A stretch of 64,000 nucleotides of DNA from Laetmonice hystrix (lineage: Eukaryota), in NCBI GenBank assembly GCA_965235115.1, contig OZ249440.1, positions 34,474,001-34,538,000 of the forward strand, in the 5' to 3' direction. The translations under genes and the position numbers were made by a program. Positions 48,271 through 60,128 of the stretch are shown piece by piece; positions within the stretch are counted from its first letter, which is position 1, and each line of letters starts with the position of its first letter. Below the pieces are notes generated by a model. That model did no database searches. It saw only the letters and a list, made by a program, of their open reading frames with translations, and was not told the DNA's origin.

Positions 48271-50420
48271 TGGCGTCTTAGTTATAACCAGCTTGAAAGA
48301 CCTGCTATCATCAGCAAACATAATGTGTATCCCTGTTGTAGGAAAATAGTTTAAGATAATGCCATTACATCATGGTCACTGTGTAATATATTGAATTTTA
48401 AATTGTCACTATCACTTACTTCAGGATGACGGAGGGCAGTGATCAAACGAGCCAGCTAAAGACCTTACTGAAGACGTCACTTAAAGATGTGAAGCATTTT
48501 CTAAAGCACTACCAGTACCCTTCAGAGCATGGTGCAATGTCCCAGAAAGAAAAGATGCTTTGGATGTCCAATTTGCGGAGATACACTAAGAAGTTTACAT
48601 GAGTGTAAGTTCTTTTCACAATAATGTATTCAGTGCAAAAATTCTGTGCACGTTCTTCGCTTTTGTGCTGACTTCATTTAGAATTAATTCTTTATATTAT
48701 ACACCTGGCGCAGCTAAGCAATCTGATTGGTCCATTTGTACCACGTGACCGTCCCGAAAAAAACGATATTGGAGGGTAAAACACGATATTGGACGGTTCG
48801 CTCTGGAAACCTTAGAGACGACGTCACAGTAGATCTAGGTCACGTCACAGATTACCATACACAAACAGATTGGAAACGGCCATAGTAATGACGTGAAACA
48901 AAGATGGCGTCACAATTCAGTGATTTGTCAGTGGCGACACCATGCGTCAGAGGAGATAAACTAAACGCCCTCCATAGGAAAAGCATGGCGTGACAGGTTT
49001 AGGACAACATATCTGACAAATGACCTGCATTTGGTGGCAGGTGTAAAAAAATACGGTACTCGGATGCCCAGGGTAGCCATATTTTCCCGCTAGGCTACCA
49101 ACCTATGTCTAAAATGGGACTGAGGACGTTCCCAGCCGGGCTCATGCATAACTTGCCATAGGCGCATTGTAGTTTATCTCACCCGTCGCCAGATGTCACT
49201 AGTGGTCACGGGCGAAAACCGGAAGTTTCAAATCGGCCTATCTCGTTTCCAATCTGTTTGTGTATGCTAATCTGTGGTCACGTCAAAGTAGAAGCAACAG
49301 CTAAAACGGCAACATCAAGTCATCACGTAGGGCCGCAAAGCCCAAGGTTTCACAGCTACACAAAAGAGCAACTGCTCTCAATCATGGATGATAAGGACAG
49401 TAAGAAGGAAGCAAACGAGTCAGCGGAAGGCGATTTGAACGCTTCCTCCTGGAAAAAGGGTGGGTTAAGTTCGACTCTGAATCGTCAGCCACAGCTGCCG
49501 TAAATGCCGGATCAGAATCAGAGCAGGACTCGGGAACTACACTCCAAAACGAGCCAATTGACTGGATATCTCTTTCCAGACAAGAGCTATCTGAAATTCT
49601 TGTCCATTTTTATGCAGAAGTTAGGAGCCAGAAGAAAGAACTCTATAAGAAAACAACTATGAACACCATCAGAGCAGGTCTGAACAGACATCCAAGTTCT
49701 CGTTGCAGACACCGCGGTTTGGATACCATGGATCTGGTTCAGGACATGGAATTCCAGGAAGCTAATGACATGTTCAAAGCCATAGGGAAAAAACTTAAAG
49801 CAGCAGGGAAGGCAGCTGTTGACCACCACCCTCCCATTGAGTTGGAAGATTTGAAAAAGATGAGACAGTATTTCAGCCATGGCGTGAACAACCCCAAGAT
49901 TTTGCAGCAAAATGTGTTTGTGAATATTGTTGTACATTTTGTAAGGCATGGAAGAGAAAATCTCAGAAAGTTGATGATAAATGACTTTGCCATAACATCT
50001 GATGCCGAGGGTGACTATTACATGTACAAGGTGACGGATGAACAGACAAAAAATCACCAAGATGATGGACACAAGAAGGAGGCCAGAATGTATGCACGAA
50101 AAGGTGTGTATTTTAATTTTTAAAAACCCTGACTGAGCAGACGTCAAAGTGAGCCTCCTTGTTATATTATAGGCCAGAAGATTCCAGTTTATCGTGTGCA
50201 TCTGTCCAAATTTAATTATAACCAAAGTGTTATTTATGAGGGGTATACATAATTCCTATAGAAATTCTGACTGACACTGTGACAGGCCAAATAAGAAGCC
50301 TTTTACTAAGTGTTAGACATTCATCAATTTCATGCCAGTGGGTCCTTATGCCAAAAGAATAGATAAAAGGTTGTGTCTTATTCAAAAATAAAAATACTGA
50401 CATGAATTAGATCATTATTC

Positions 50421-50451
50421 GCTGACTGGGCGTTAAACACCAACTACTCAC
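50421..50451 (+). mobile_element. 31-bp 5'-truncated SINE tail insertion with a 14-bp TSD
   Basis: GCTGACTGGGCGTTAAACACCAACTACTCAC is identical to the 3' end of the SINE at 51241-51576; TTAGATCATTATTC on both sides. Confidence 0.95.
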
Positions 50452-51240
50452 TTAGATCATTATTCAAAAACTACAATACTGTTTACAGATAATGATGAAC
50501 AGTGTCCATTGAAGGTGTTCATGAAGTACAAACGAAAACTCAACCCCCAAGTTGTATGCCTTTTTCAGCGACCAAAGAAAGAATCACAGGTAAGTTACGT
50601 GTTTAATTTAATTAAAAATCTATTTCCAAAGTTAGCAATAAATGTTTTACTTTACAATATTTACCATCTAACTAGGACCCCCCTACCTAATTTTTAATGT
50701 GATTTTTTTATGTTCACTTAGGTAACAGCCAGAGACACGATATGGTATACGAAGGAGGCTATAGGAGAACACACCCTCGGCAGCATGATGGCAACAATCA
50801 GCGAAAATGCAAAACTTTCACGACGGTACTCTAACCATTCCCTGAGAGCTACTACTGTGACACTGTTAGACAATGCAAACCAGGAAGGACGGCACATAAT
50901 AGCCATGGCAGAACACAAATCTGTCAACAGTCTGCTATCTTATAGTAGTACTTAAGAGAAGCAAAAGAAAAAAATGAGCAGCATACTGACTTTTGGGTTA
51001 GATGGAAATGACACAGCAGAGTTTGGCGACTCTCGGTCTGCTAGTTCATGTCAGAAACGTGAATCGCTTCCTGTAGACCCTGAAGTAGAAATGCCCCTGC
51101 CTCCAAAGTTACCTCGCCTTGTATTACCAACATCTGGAACTATGTTCAGTTCATCTTCAGCTGCACGAAGCAGACAAGTGCAAAGTGAGGTGTCTGAGAG
51201 AACTTCTGTTCCTTCATCCTCAGCTCTTGGTGCTCCAGTA

Positions 51241-51576
51241 GGGGGACCGGGGTGGCGCAGTGGTTAGAGCACGGGACCTTTGATCCAAGGGTTCTGGGTT
51301 CTATCCGCGGCCGCGCCGGACTTTCCTGCATAAGCAGGGCTGCCGACTGCTTTATCAAAGGCCGGCCGTGTCACGATGCGTCTATGTGGAGGGGCACGTT
51401 AAAGATCCCTTGGAACCTATCGATAAGAGTAGGGGTTCGCCCCTATGCCAGGTTTCGTCCTATCATCTCATTATCACCCAATGGATTTCACCGACCGAGT
51501 TAGTTACCTTGTTCTCGCCCTGAAATAGCTGAAATACTGCTGACTGGGCGTTAAACACCAACTACTCACTCACTCA
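51241..51576 (+). mobile_element. tRNA-derived SINE with a Nin/Deu-like core and an I-LINE-like (ACTC)n tail
   Basis: A box TGGCGCAGTGG, B-box-like GGTTCTATCC, core ATCAAAGGCC...GCACGTTAAAGATCCCTT; 15-bp TSD CTTGGTGCTCCAGTA. Confidence 0.92.
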
Positions 51577-53944
51577 CTTGGTGCTCCAGTAAGGCAGCAG
51601 ACAACGCTAGTGCCACACAGATTTCCTGATCTTCGTAGTATTGACAATGACACTACCCCACCCATATCACCAAGTTTTGGAATAGACTTGTTTGATGATG
51701 AGGTCGATGACATTATGCGTACTTTGGAGATGCCTACCTCAGTATCCCCACAGGTGTCATCTACACAGGTCCGACAAAGTCGCTCAAACAGATTCATGCA
51801 ACCAATATTTAATAATTGTCAAGTCACAATTAATTACAACATTCTACCACAGTAACATTATAACCGAGCTTATGAATTAAGCTCAGTGCGGTTAATAGGG
51901 TTCCAAAGTTCTACAAATATTGTCCTTCGCCTCGTCCATTTTTGCTTTTCTTCGTCCCGTAAACTGTATAGTGGATTCTCGCCTCGTCCATTATCGCTTT
52001 TCTTCGTCCCGTAAACTGTATAGTGGACTCGCCGCCATCCAATATTTGTATAATATATGACATTGTACTGATATATACTATGTACTATGTGTTGCAGCCG
52101 AAACCGACACTCTGTTCTACATATTGCGAGGCAGAAGAGCGGTTGTCCTGCTAGACAAGGAGGAGGTAGGGATGTTTTATTTGGCTACACGTCCGTCGCG
52201 GCTCTTTCTCAAAGAATCATGTGATCTTTTGGGCTCTAACTAGATAGGCCAGGAGGGGGTGTACATACAATTAGCGCGGGTCTATAGTTGTCACTTAGCA
52301 CCGTAGACCCTAAAATGGGCAGATGAGTTGTTGTCAGGCTTTCCGTTCTTTTCAGTCTTGATACTGTTTTTCAAAGAAACCTTAGATGTCTTTGTTAGGG
52401 TTTGAATTAAGCTTAGCGCAATGTAATCAGAAGGGTGGCTAGAACACGCGTTGTACCGCAATAAACTACCTAATTTGTGAATCCTGTCTGCATCAACTAA
52501 AACAGCTGTTTTTGTATATAGATCCAAAGAAGGCTGGAGGACATCCATGGGCAAGGTGATCATGGTGGACACATGGGTTTCAACAAGACTACATCAGCAA
52601 TCAGTGAACGGTTCTATTGGCAGAACATGACAGCTGACATCCAAGCTTATATCAAGACGTGCTTTGAGTGTTAGCAAGCCCTCAACACGAAAACTGCAGC
52701 ACCGGACCTCCATCCCATATATGTAAGTTTGACACAATTAACCCTTAAATGTGAAGATGCTCGAAATGAATCAAAGTAAGAGTGTGTTAAGGTATATACA
52801 CGTATCCTGCTGTTGTATATACTGGATAACAATTCCCTCTATTACACACCTATCAGCTTGACAAAGTAAAGAGGTAATGTAATAGATACAACTTTGGGCT
52901 TCAGGATTGAAAACGTCTTATCTGTACTTTCAGACAAGAGCTCCTTGGGAGATCGTAGGAATGGACCTCATCAAACTCCCGGAATCAGGAGGGCTTCAAC
53001 TACCTGCTGACGGGCACCTGCCTCTCCTCCAAATGGGTCGAAGCAACACCATTGAAGAGAAAGTCAAGCCAAGCTGTACTAGCCGCATTGGAGGATTGGT
53101 TCCGCCTTCATGGCGCGCCGGAAAAGCTGCTCACCGACCAAGGAGGTGAATTCAACAGCGAGTTGCTAAACGAACTTCTGTACGAACGCTACAAGATCAG
53201 GCACCTTGTGACAGCTTGTCCATTTGTTTGCGGGTGGTATGCTGCTGAGAAGACCAACGGCACAATCAAGGTAAAGCCCCCTCCCCTCCATCCCCATATC
53301 CCCATTAACTGTACAACAGGGGAGTGTAGTGAACACAATAACTTGATTTAAGATCTAAAAAGAAAGTAATCCAAACAATAAAAAATATTTCCTTATTTTC
53401 TAAAGGTAGGCCTGGCCAAGCTGTGTGAGACAGACGAGAACGGATGGCCATATCACCTTAAGCAAGTTCCCTGGGGCATCAGAAGCACTAAGTCTTCGGC
53501 CATCAAGTACTCTCCATTTGAAGTATTCTTCAATCAGTAGTCACGGACACACCCCTCCGTCACCAGCCTGATGATGCCACTGTCCAGAAAGCGAAGGCAG
53601 AAAACCTCGAAAAGACACTGGACCTGTACCAGGACGTAAAAAAAAAGAACAACGACCAGGCCAAGGAAAAGCTAAAGGAAAGGTATAAGGCACACCAGCA
53701 GAAAGGCCTTCATACCTTCGCATTCAGTGTCGGCCAAGAGGTGTTCAAGAAGAATCTGAGGAAACGCACGAGGCAAGGAGGATCTCGCCAAAACACCTGG
53801 GTTGGCAGCTTTGTGGTGGTGGAAGTGGCGCCTCACTCCCTTACAGTCAAAAACACCGCGACTGGAAAGCTCCTCAAGAAACAAAATGTGGCGCACTTTA
53901 AGCCCGTCCTGCGGAGAGAGACCCAAACGCTGGACAGCCCCTCA

Positions 53945-54300
53945 CAACCTGCCTCCGCCGAGAGCCCCCTGCCACATGCCTCTGCTAAGAGCCCCATACC
54001 GCCTCCCTCCGCCGAGAGTCCCTTAGCGCCTGCCTCCACTAAGAGCCCCCTACCGCCTGCATCCGCTGAGAGCTCCCTACATCCTGCCTCCACAGAGAGC
54101 CCTCTGCCACCTGCCTCTGCTGAGAGCCCCTGCCGCCGCCGAGAGCCGCCGAGAGCCCCCTACCGCCTGCCTCCTCCGAGAGCCCCCTCCTGCATGCCTC
54201 CGCTAAGAGCCCCATACCGCCTGCCTCCGGCAAGAGTCCCCTAGCACCTGCCTCCACTAAGAGCCCCTACCGCCTGCCTCCACAGCGAGCCCTCTCCCAC
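53945..54300 (+). repeat. Coding minisatellite (30-bp unit, PASAESPLP-like)
   Basis: About 11 units of CCTGCCTCCGCYGAGAGCCCC.. Confidence 0.9.
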
Positions 54301-54434
54301 GGCTCAAGTACAAACGCAAGTTGAAGCGGACAACACATGACAGTCACCCCTCAAAGAGACTGAAAACGTTACCAACCCTCTCACTGGAAGACCAGCGTCT
54401 TCTCGCTTCTGCCAATGGTTGGCTGACAGACAAT

Positions 54435-55120
54435 TTAGTAGACACAGCCCATTTGCAATCCTGTCGTTTTGTGTGAGTTCACATTTCGTGTATTGGAAAT
54501 ATTGTTCAGTTGAGTTCCATGTTTGGCCCGAATTTGGATGTCACATTTATAAAAGTTACTAAGTGGAGAGTACTTAGATGCAAAGCCAGTTACATTTTCA
54601 GAGACCTTCTGGCTGCTGCAAGATAGAGTTTTGTAGACCGTGTAAAAGTTCGAGGTCTTCATACCTGTAGGGTTCACCATCCAAATACAGCATGTCGCCG
54701 GTGACTTTAGCTCTGACCTGAGGGTCCAGGTGTCGGGCGTGTGTTGCGATTGCTCTCAGTGCTGCTCGTTCCTTTTTAATTTGTGGTGGGAGATCCTCAT
54801 TTATATACACATTTATGTTGCTATTGCTGTCACAAAGTTTCTTTGCATTTTGTAGGATCCGGTCCTGAGTCGAGATTTTCACTATTGGTCTTGGTCTGTT
54901 ATTCCCAATACGTCCATAGCGATGGCACTTATCTATGTCTGCATCAGTTACAGTTAGCCCCAGACTTTCAGTGATGAGCTTTAACACTAGTTCTTCGATT
55001 TTTTCTCCTTTTTTCTGGAAGGCCTTCCACTACAAGATTCTGCTTTCTGCTGTAAGTTTCTAGCTGCAAGATTTTCCTGTTGGCTTCTTCCTGAAGTGAC
55101 CCTATTCTCTCAAGCAGAGG
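54435..55120 (-). pseudogene. LINE ORF1-like protein (coiled coil, RRM, CTD) running into the N-terminal half of a NADAR/YbiA-like domain; frameshifted and truncated
   Basis: LVVEGLPE, IDKCHRYG..RPRPIVK, VYINEDLP..IKKER..LR, GDMLYLDG..Y; then GFASKYSPLSNFYKCDIQI / GQTWNSTEQYFQYTK. Confidence 0.75.
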
Positions 55121-55370
55121 TTGCAGAGGTTGTCTGACTTTTTGTCTGACTTATATGCTAGGTACCTAGGTAGGGCTGGTTCTTTTGGCTTGTGCCTCTT
55201 GTGGTATAATCGGGAACTAATTACCGAGTACGGAGGTACGTCAAAGTAAAAGCCTTATGCTGGCTTACAACAATGAACCTTATTGGTTAAAACGGTGAAA
55301 AAAATGCTCGCCTAGAGGATCAAATTGAAATTTAGGTGAGTAATTATTTGCTTGCCTGGCCTTTTCAAAG

Positions 55371-58300
55371 GACAAGGCCTGGTTTCTGGCATCGTCTTCT
55401 TGGACACACGTAAACCACCCCTCAAACTTACCTTCTATGTGTCAAACTATTGTTACACTCCCAATTTTTGGGCACTCTTTGATGCTCTCTTTAACATGCT
55501 GCTGCATTTGTGATGCATATTTAACATTCATCTCCAATTTCATGACTTGCATGACCAAGAATTAGGTGTGCCTCAGGGAAGCATTTTGTCTGTTACCCTT
55601 TTTAGTCTTAAGATCAACAGCATTGTAAACTCGGTTAAAACTGGCATGCCCTGCAGCCTGTTCGTTGATGACTTTAACGTCTGCTGCAGAGGCAAAAACA
55701 TGAATGCCATTGAAAGACAACTCCAACTCTGTCTTAATAGAATCCATACTTGGTCAGTGGAAAATGGTTTTAAGTTTTCCAAATCTAAAACGGTCTGCAT
55801 GCACTTTTGCAAGCTGCGTGCCTTCCATCTTGACCCCGAGTTGACAATGGATGGAGATCCTGTCAAAGTTGTTAAAGAGACAAAGTTTCTAGGTCTCACT
55901 TTTGACAGCAAGCTGTCTTTTATTCCTCACATTAAATCGCTCAAATCCAGATGCCTTAAGGCTCTGGATGTTCTCAAGGTTTTATCTGGCACAAACTGGG
56001 GGGCAGACAGTACAGTCCTTTTACAACTGTACAGAGCTTTAATCCGGTCGAAGCTCGATTACGGCAGCATAGTTTACGGCTCTGCTTGTAAGTTTTGGAC
56101 ACGGTTCACCACCAGGGTTTGCGGCTTTCACTTGGGGCTTTTAGAACGTCTCCTGTTCAGAGCCTCTATGTGGAAGCCAGAGAGCCCTCGCTTTACAACA
56201 GGCGTCTGAAGCTGGCTCTGCAGTATGCAGTCAAGCTCAGGACAAACAGTTCAAATCCAGCTTACAATTGCGTTTTTCACCCTCAGTTCCAACATTTATA
56301 TGAAAGAAAGGAAACATACATACGTCCGTTTGGACCGAGGGTGAAATCTCATCTAGAGGAACTGGATGTTGATCTGAACGTCCTGGGGCAGACACACTTT
56401 TGCAATATCCCTCCTTGGGACCTAGAAAAGCCTGATGTCATCCTTCAGTTGACTCAACTGAAGAAGTCGGAGACTCATCCCCTGACATATTTTGACATTT
56501 TCTTGACGTCCAGGCAAGGTATCCGTCTCATTATGCCTTCTATACTGATGGCTCAAAGGATGGCAGTGATGTGTCTGCGGCAGCAGTTCATGGCAAGCAC
56601 AACTTCGGCACCCGCATCTCAGGGCAAAGTTCCATCTTCTCAGCAGAGGCCCGGGCCCTGCTTCTTGCCCTTCAAAATATTGAAGTTTCTGGTCAAAAGG
56701 ACTTCCTCATTTTCTCGGATTCCTTATCCTGTCTGCAAGCACTTGCTAACTTGAACACAGATCACCCAGTGATCGTTCGAATCTTGTCCAAGTTGGCAGT
56801 GCTTGCCAATGAAAACTTTGATATTCACTTTTGCTGGGTGCCTGGTCATGTTGGCATCCCCGGCAATGAGCAAGCAGACAGAACTGCCAAGAGAGCTCTT
56901 GAAACAGACGTCGAATTGTGTCCAATCCCAGCCTCTGACCTCAGACCTACCATCTGGGCTTATGTTAAAAACAAATGGCAGGCCGAATGGGATGAACAAC
57001 CAAACAATAAGTTGTATCAGATCAGTCCCATCGTAAACCAAAGGTATCATCATGGCCTAACCCAACGGAGGCATGAAATTGTTTTTACTCGATGCAGAGT
57101 TGGTCATTCTAGATTAACTCATGTGTTTTTATTGAAGGGGGAGCCACCTCCAGAATGTCATGGCTGTCAGTGTCCTTTGACACTGAAGCATCTTTTACTC
57201 GAATGTGGTGATTTTACTCTCATCAGACAAAGGTTTTATAATGAGACAAGTTTTAAGGATCTTTTTAGCAATATCAGACCAGGAGTGATTTTAGAGTTCT
57301 TGTCAGAGGCTGGACTTCTGAATCTTTTATAGATGTGTTTTGGTGGTGTTCCCGTTGGGACCCGGGATAAAATAGGTTCCTTTGGTTTTATGATCTTATA
57401 ACTCTGTTTTCGCCGTGAATATGGCCCCAGATGCCGACACGGCGCAAAACCACCACTACTCACTCACTCACTCCAATTTCATGATTGCAGCCAAGAAGAA
57501 GGTCCTTTTCTCCAAGTGTACATGTGGGTGGATGCAAAGCCCCTTTCTCCAGCTGAAGAGCTCTTCCTTCACCTTAACAAAGGAAGTGAAGAAATCAAAG
57601 CGATTACGGGAGGCATTGATGTCAATGAGAGTAGGTTTGAATAATTATTACTGTTGCAGACAGTATTATTGTAATAAGAAGTTCACAGGCTACAAAGTAT
57701 CATTGAATTAAACCCTTCTCAAATAAAGTAGGGAAAAAAGGAAGATTCCACAGAAAGAATTATGAATAAACACTTTATTTATTGAAAGATCTATGACTGT
57801 TACAATTCGGAAATATTACTTAGGATTTGAAAGACCATTGTAACGCTAACATTATGTTCTGCTTAAGTTCAGCACCAAATTGAGGAGGCGGTACGCCAAA
57901 GGAAACACTCAAAAGATACCTGCTCTTGTTGATTTTTTTTACAAGTTTTTCAATATGTATAACATCTGTTACAAGGAGATCAAATATACTGCCTTATTAA
58001 TGTAGTTCTTATGCAAATTGAAAAAAATATGAAGACTTGGCATTACACATATAACACATAAACACATAACACAATAAGCTTGCATAAGAAGGCCCGAGAC
58101 ACGTTTTATTCCACATTTACCAGTTTATTTTACCAATCTCTACTCTATTCCTACATTAGCTGTTTGACTTACAGGAACAAGGGCACCGCAGCCATCTACG
58201 AGTGCCAGTAAGTAGTTCAGTGTAACTAAATATAACACCAAAACTGGTAGAACTTAAAAATCTAGTAACATTTGCATATCATTTTATGCACATGGTTACG

Positions 58301-58419
58301 GAACAGAATTGTGCTGACTTCCATTTTAACTATCATTATCAATGTATGCTTATTTTAGACAGTAGGTCTTACTCTCCCAGTAGCAGGACAAAGTGCACCG
58401 CAGCCATCTACGAGTGCTA
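55371..58419 (+). pseudogene. Unidentified multi-exon gene relic: an exon split by the LINE (55371-55545 plus 57485-57631) and two duplicated 33-nt microexons (58175-58207, 58387-58419)
   Basis: AG/GT boundaries, all phase 1-1; frame continues across the LINE TSD with one in-frame TGA. Confidence 0.4.
55546..57470 (+). mobile_element. 5'-truncated I-group LINE (RT C-terminal part, RNase H, 3'UTR, ACTC tail) with two frameshifts
   Basis: 14-bp TSD CTCCAATTTCATGA at 55532-55545 and 57471-57484. Confidence 0.95.
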
Positions 58420-58487
58420 GTAAGTATTATTCTATGCAGATAGCCACATGGTTACAGAATTGTTTACCTTGAATGTGTGCATATTTT

Positions 58488-59225
58488 GTGAGTGAGTGAG
58501 TAGTGGTGGTTTTCCGCCGTGCCAGCATCCGGGGCCATCTTCACGGCGAAAATAGGGTTAAAAGACCATGAAATGAAAGGAACCTATTTTATCCCGGGCC
58601 CAACGGGAATATCATTAAAACACACTCCATCCTGTCAGCCCAACCGGACTATCGACCAGCCAGAACTATAAAAGAGTCAGAAGTCCTGCTTCTGAAAAAA
58701 ACTCTAAAATCACTCCTGGTCTGACATTGTTAAAAAGATCCTTAAAACCCTTTCAGGGTCACAGCGCCCAAAAGCGCCCGCTATATACTCATAGACTCAA
58801 TTGTTTTTAAGGTCATTTTATTAGCCAACACCTTTTCAACAACTGTTGAAAATTTCAGACCTCTCGTTGTAGAATCCATGCCAGGGCCTATAAACATCTC
58901 TCCCAAATCAGTGAGTTTGTCTTTAAAAAAAATATTTGTGAACTGGGGGGATGCCCAATGCAAACAAAATGTGACCAGGAAAGGGTTAAGACTTGTCTCA
59001 CTATAAAACCGTTGTCTGATCAGAGTAAAATCACCACACTCAAGATGCTTCAGTGTCAAAGAACACTGACAGCCATGACACTCTGGAGGTGGCTCCCCCT
59101 TCAATAAAAACACGTGGGTTAATCTAGAATGACCAATCCTGCATCGAGTATAAACAATTTCACGTTGCCTACGTTGGATTAGGCCGTGAAGACACCTTTG
59201 GTTCACGACAGGACTGATCTGATAC
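58488..59225 (-). mobile_element. I-group LINE 3' fragment (subfamily B-like), interrupted by a piggyBac-type MITE
   Basis: Aligns to 32557-33054. Confidence 0.93.
58748..58985. mobile_element. piggyBac-type MITE
   Basis: CCCTTTCAGGGTCAC / GTGACCAGGAAAGGG at a duplicated TTAA of the LINE (two extra A on the left). Confidence 0.8.
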
Positions 59226-59535
59226 ACGCACGGCCCGGCCGCGGTCGTATGCATGCAGGGCCCTTGCCGGCAGCCCTGACGGGAGGCAGGCGGGTAGACA
59301 CGGTCAACACACAATACATGTTTAACATGAAAAAAGTTTAAGAATCTACTTTATGGCAGGAAACTTTATACCTGTACTGTAGGGCCAGGGGGAATGAATA
59401 TGAAAATGCCTAAAATTAGGAAAAATTGATTTAAAAAACGGAAAATAGACTAGACTCTACAGGAAAAAAATTTAAAAAAAATCAAAAACTGAAAATTCCT
59501 GAAATCAGGATATTTACTACAAACTGGCATCCCTG

Positions 59536-60128
59536 TATCAGCATATAGCTAAGGAAAACTGGTTGCCTAGCAACCGTTGCTATGGACATGAGTTAGAAAT
59601 TGGCTCTGCTCTCCAAAATACTTAGTATACCCTGGGGTATCACTGTGTAAAGTTTCATGCTTTTATCACCAACTGGGCAATGTTATCAGCATATAGCTAA
59701 GGAAAACTGGTTGCCTAGCAACCGTTGCTAGGGAACATGAGTTAGAAATTGGCTCTGCTCCCCAAAATACTTGGTATACCTTGGGGTATCATTCTACAAA
59801 GTTTCATGCTTTTATCACCATCTGAGCAATGTAATCAGCATATAGCTAATGAAAAGTGGTTGCCTAGCAACCGTTGCTATGGATATGAGTTAGAAATTGG
59901 CTCTGCTCCCCAAAATACTTGGTATACCCTGGGGTATCATTGTGCAAAGTTTCATGCTTTTATCACCATCTGAGCAATGTTATCAGCATATGGCTAAGGA
60001 AAACTGGTTGCCTAGCAACCGTTGCTAGGGAACATAAGTTAGAAATTGGCTCTGCCCCCAAAAATACTTGGTATACCCTGGGGTATCATTGTGCCAAGTT
60101 TCATGCTTTTATCACTAACTGAGCAATT
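59536..60128. repeat. Tandem array, about 148-bp unit, 4 copies, probably the internal array of a non-autonomous element
   Basis: TATCAGCATATAGCTAAGGAAAACTGGTTGCCTAGCAACCG... repeated 4 times. Confidence 0.95.

Larger units (their letters stand above)
48693..52057 (+). mobile_element. Crypton-type (DUF3504 tyrosine recombinase) DNA transposon in the first Ginger intron
   Basis: Spliced YR (about 49330-50103, 50489-50589, 50722-51855) with RHGRE, TKNHQ, CP, NHSLRAT, HKS..SL.SY; ends TATATTATACA / TGTATAATATA. Confidence 0.85.
48426..54434 (+). pseudogene. Ginger1-type intron-containing integrase/transposase gene (exons about 48426-48604, 52098-52165, 52522-52722, 52934-53270, 53406-54434), decayed
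   Basis: AG/GT-bounded exons encode H....GHMG..KT...RFYW...C..C, PWEIVGMDL, LLTDQGGEF, EKTNGTIK, a GPY/F-like segment, Pro/Ser repeats and a possible Ulp1 start (GWLTD); no RT adjacent. Confidence 0.75.

Noticed and set aside
51242..51253. 12-nt identity (GGGGACCGGGGT) between the SINE 5' end and the LINE 5' end
   Set aside because: Short, G-rich and compatible with an ordinary tRNA-like head; probably chance
51241..51320. tRNA gene
   Set aside because: A and B boxes are present, but it continues into a SINE core and tail with a TSD, and the B box is degenerate
11312..55911. Recurring antisense ORFs in LINE copies (MLSKVRPRNF..., MDSVETKLEL...)
   Set aside because: Shadows of the conserved ORF2 in near-identical copies, with non-ATG starts and no independent evidence
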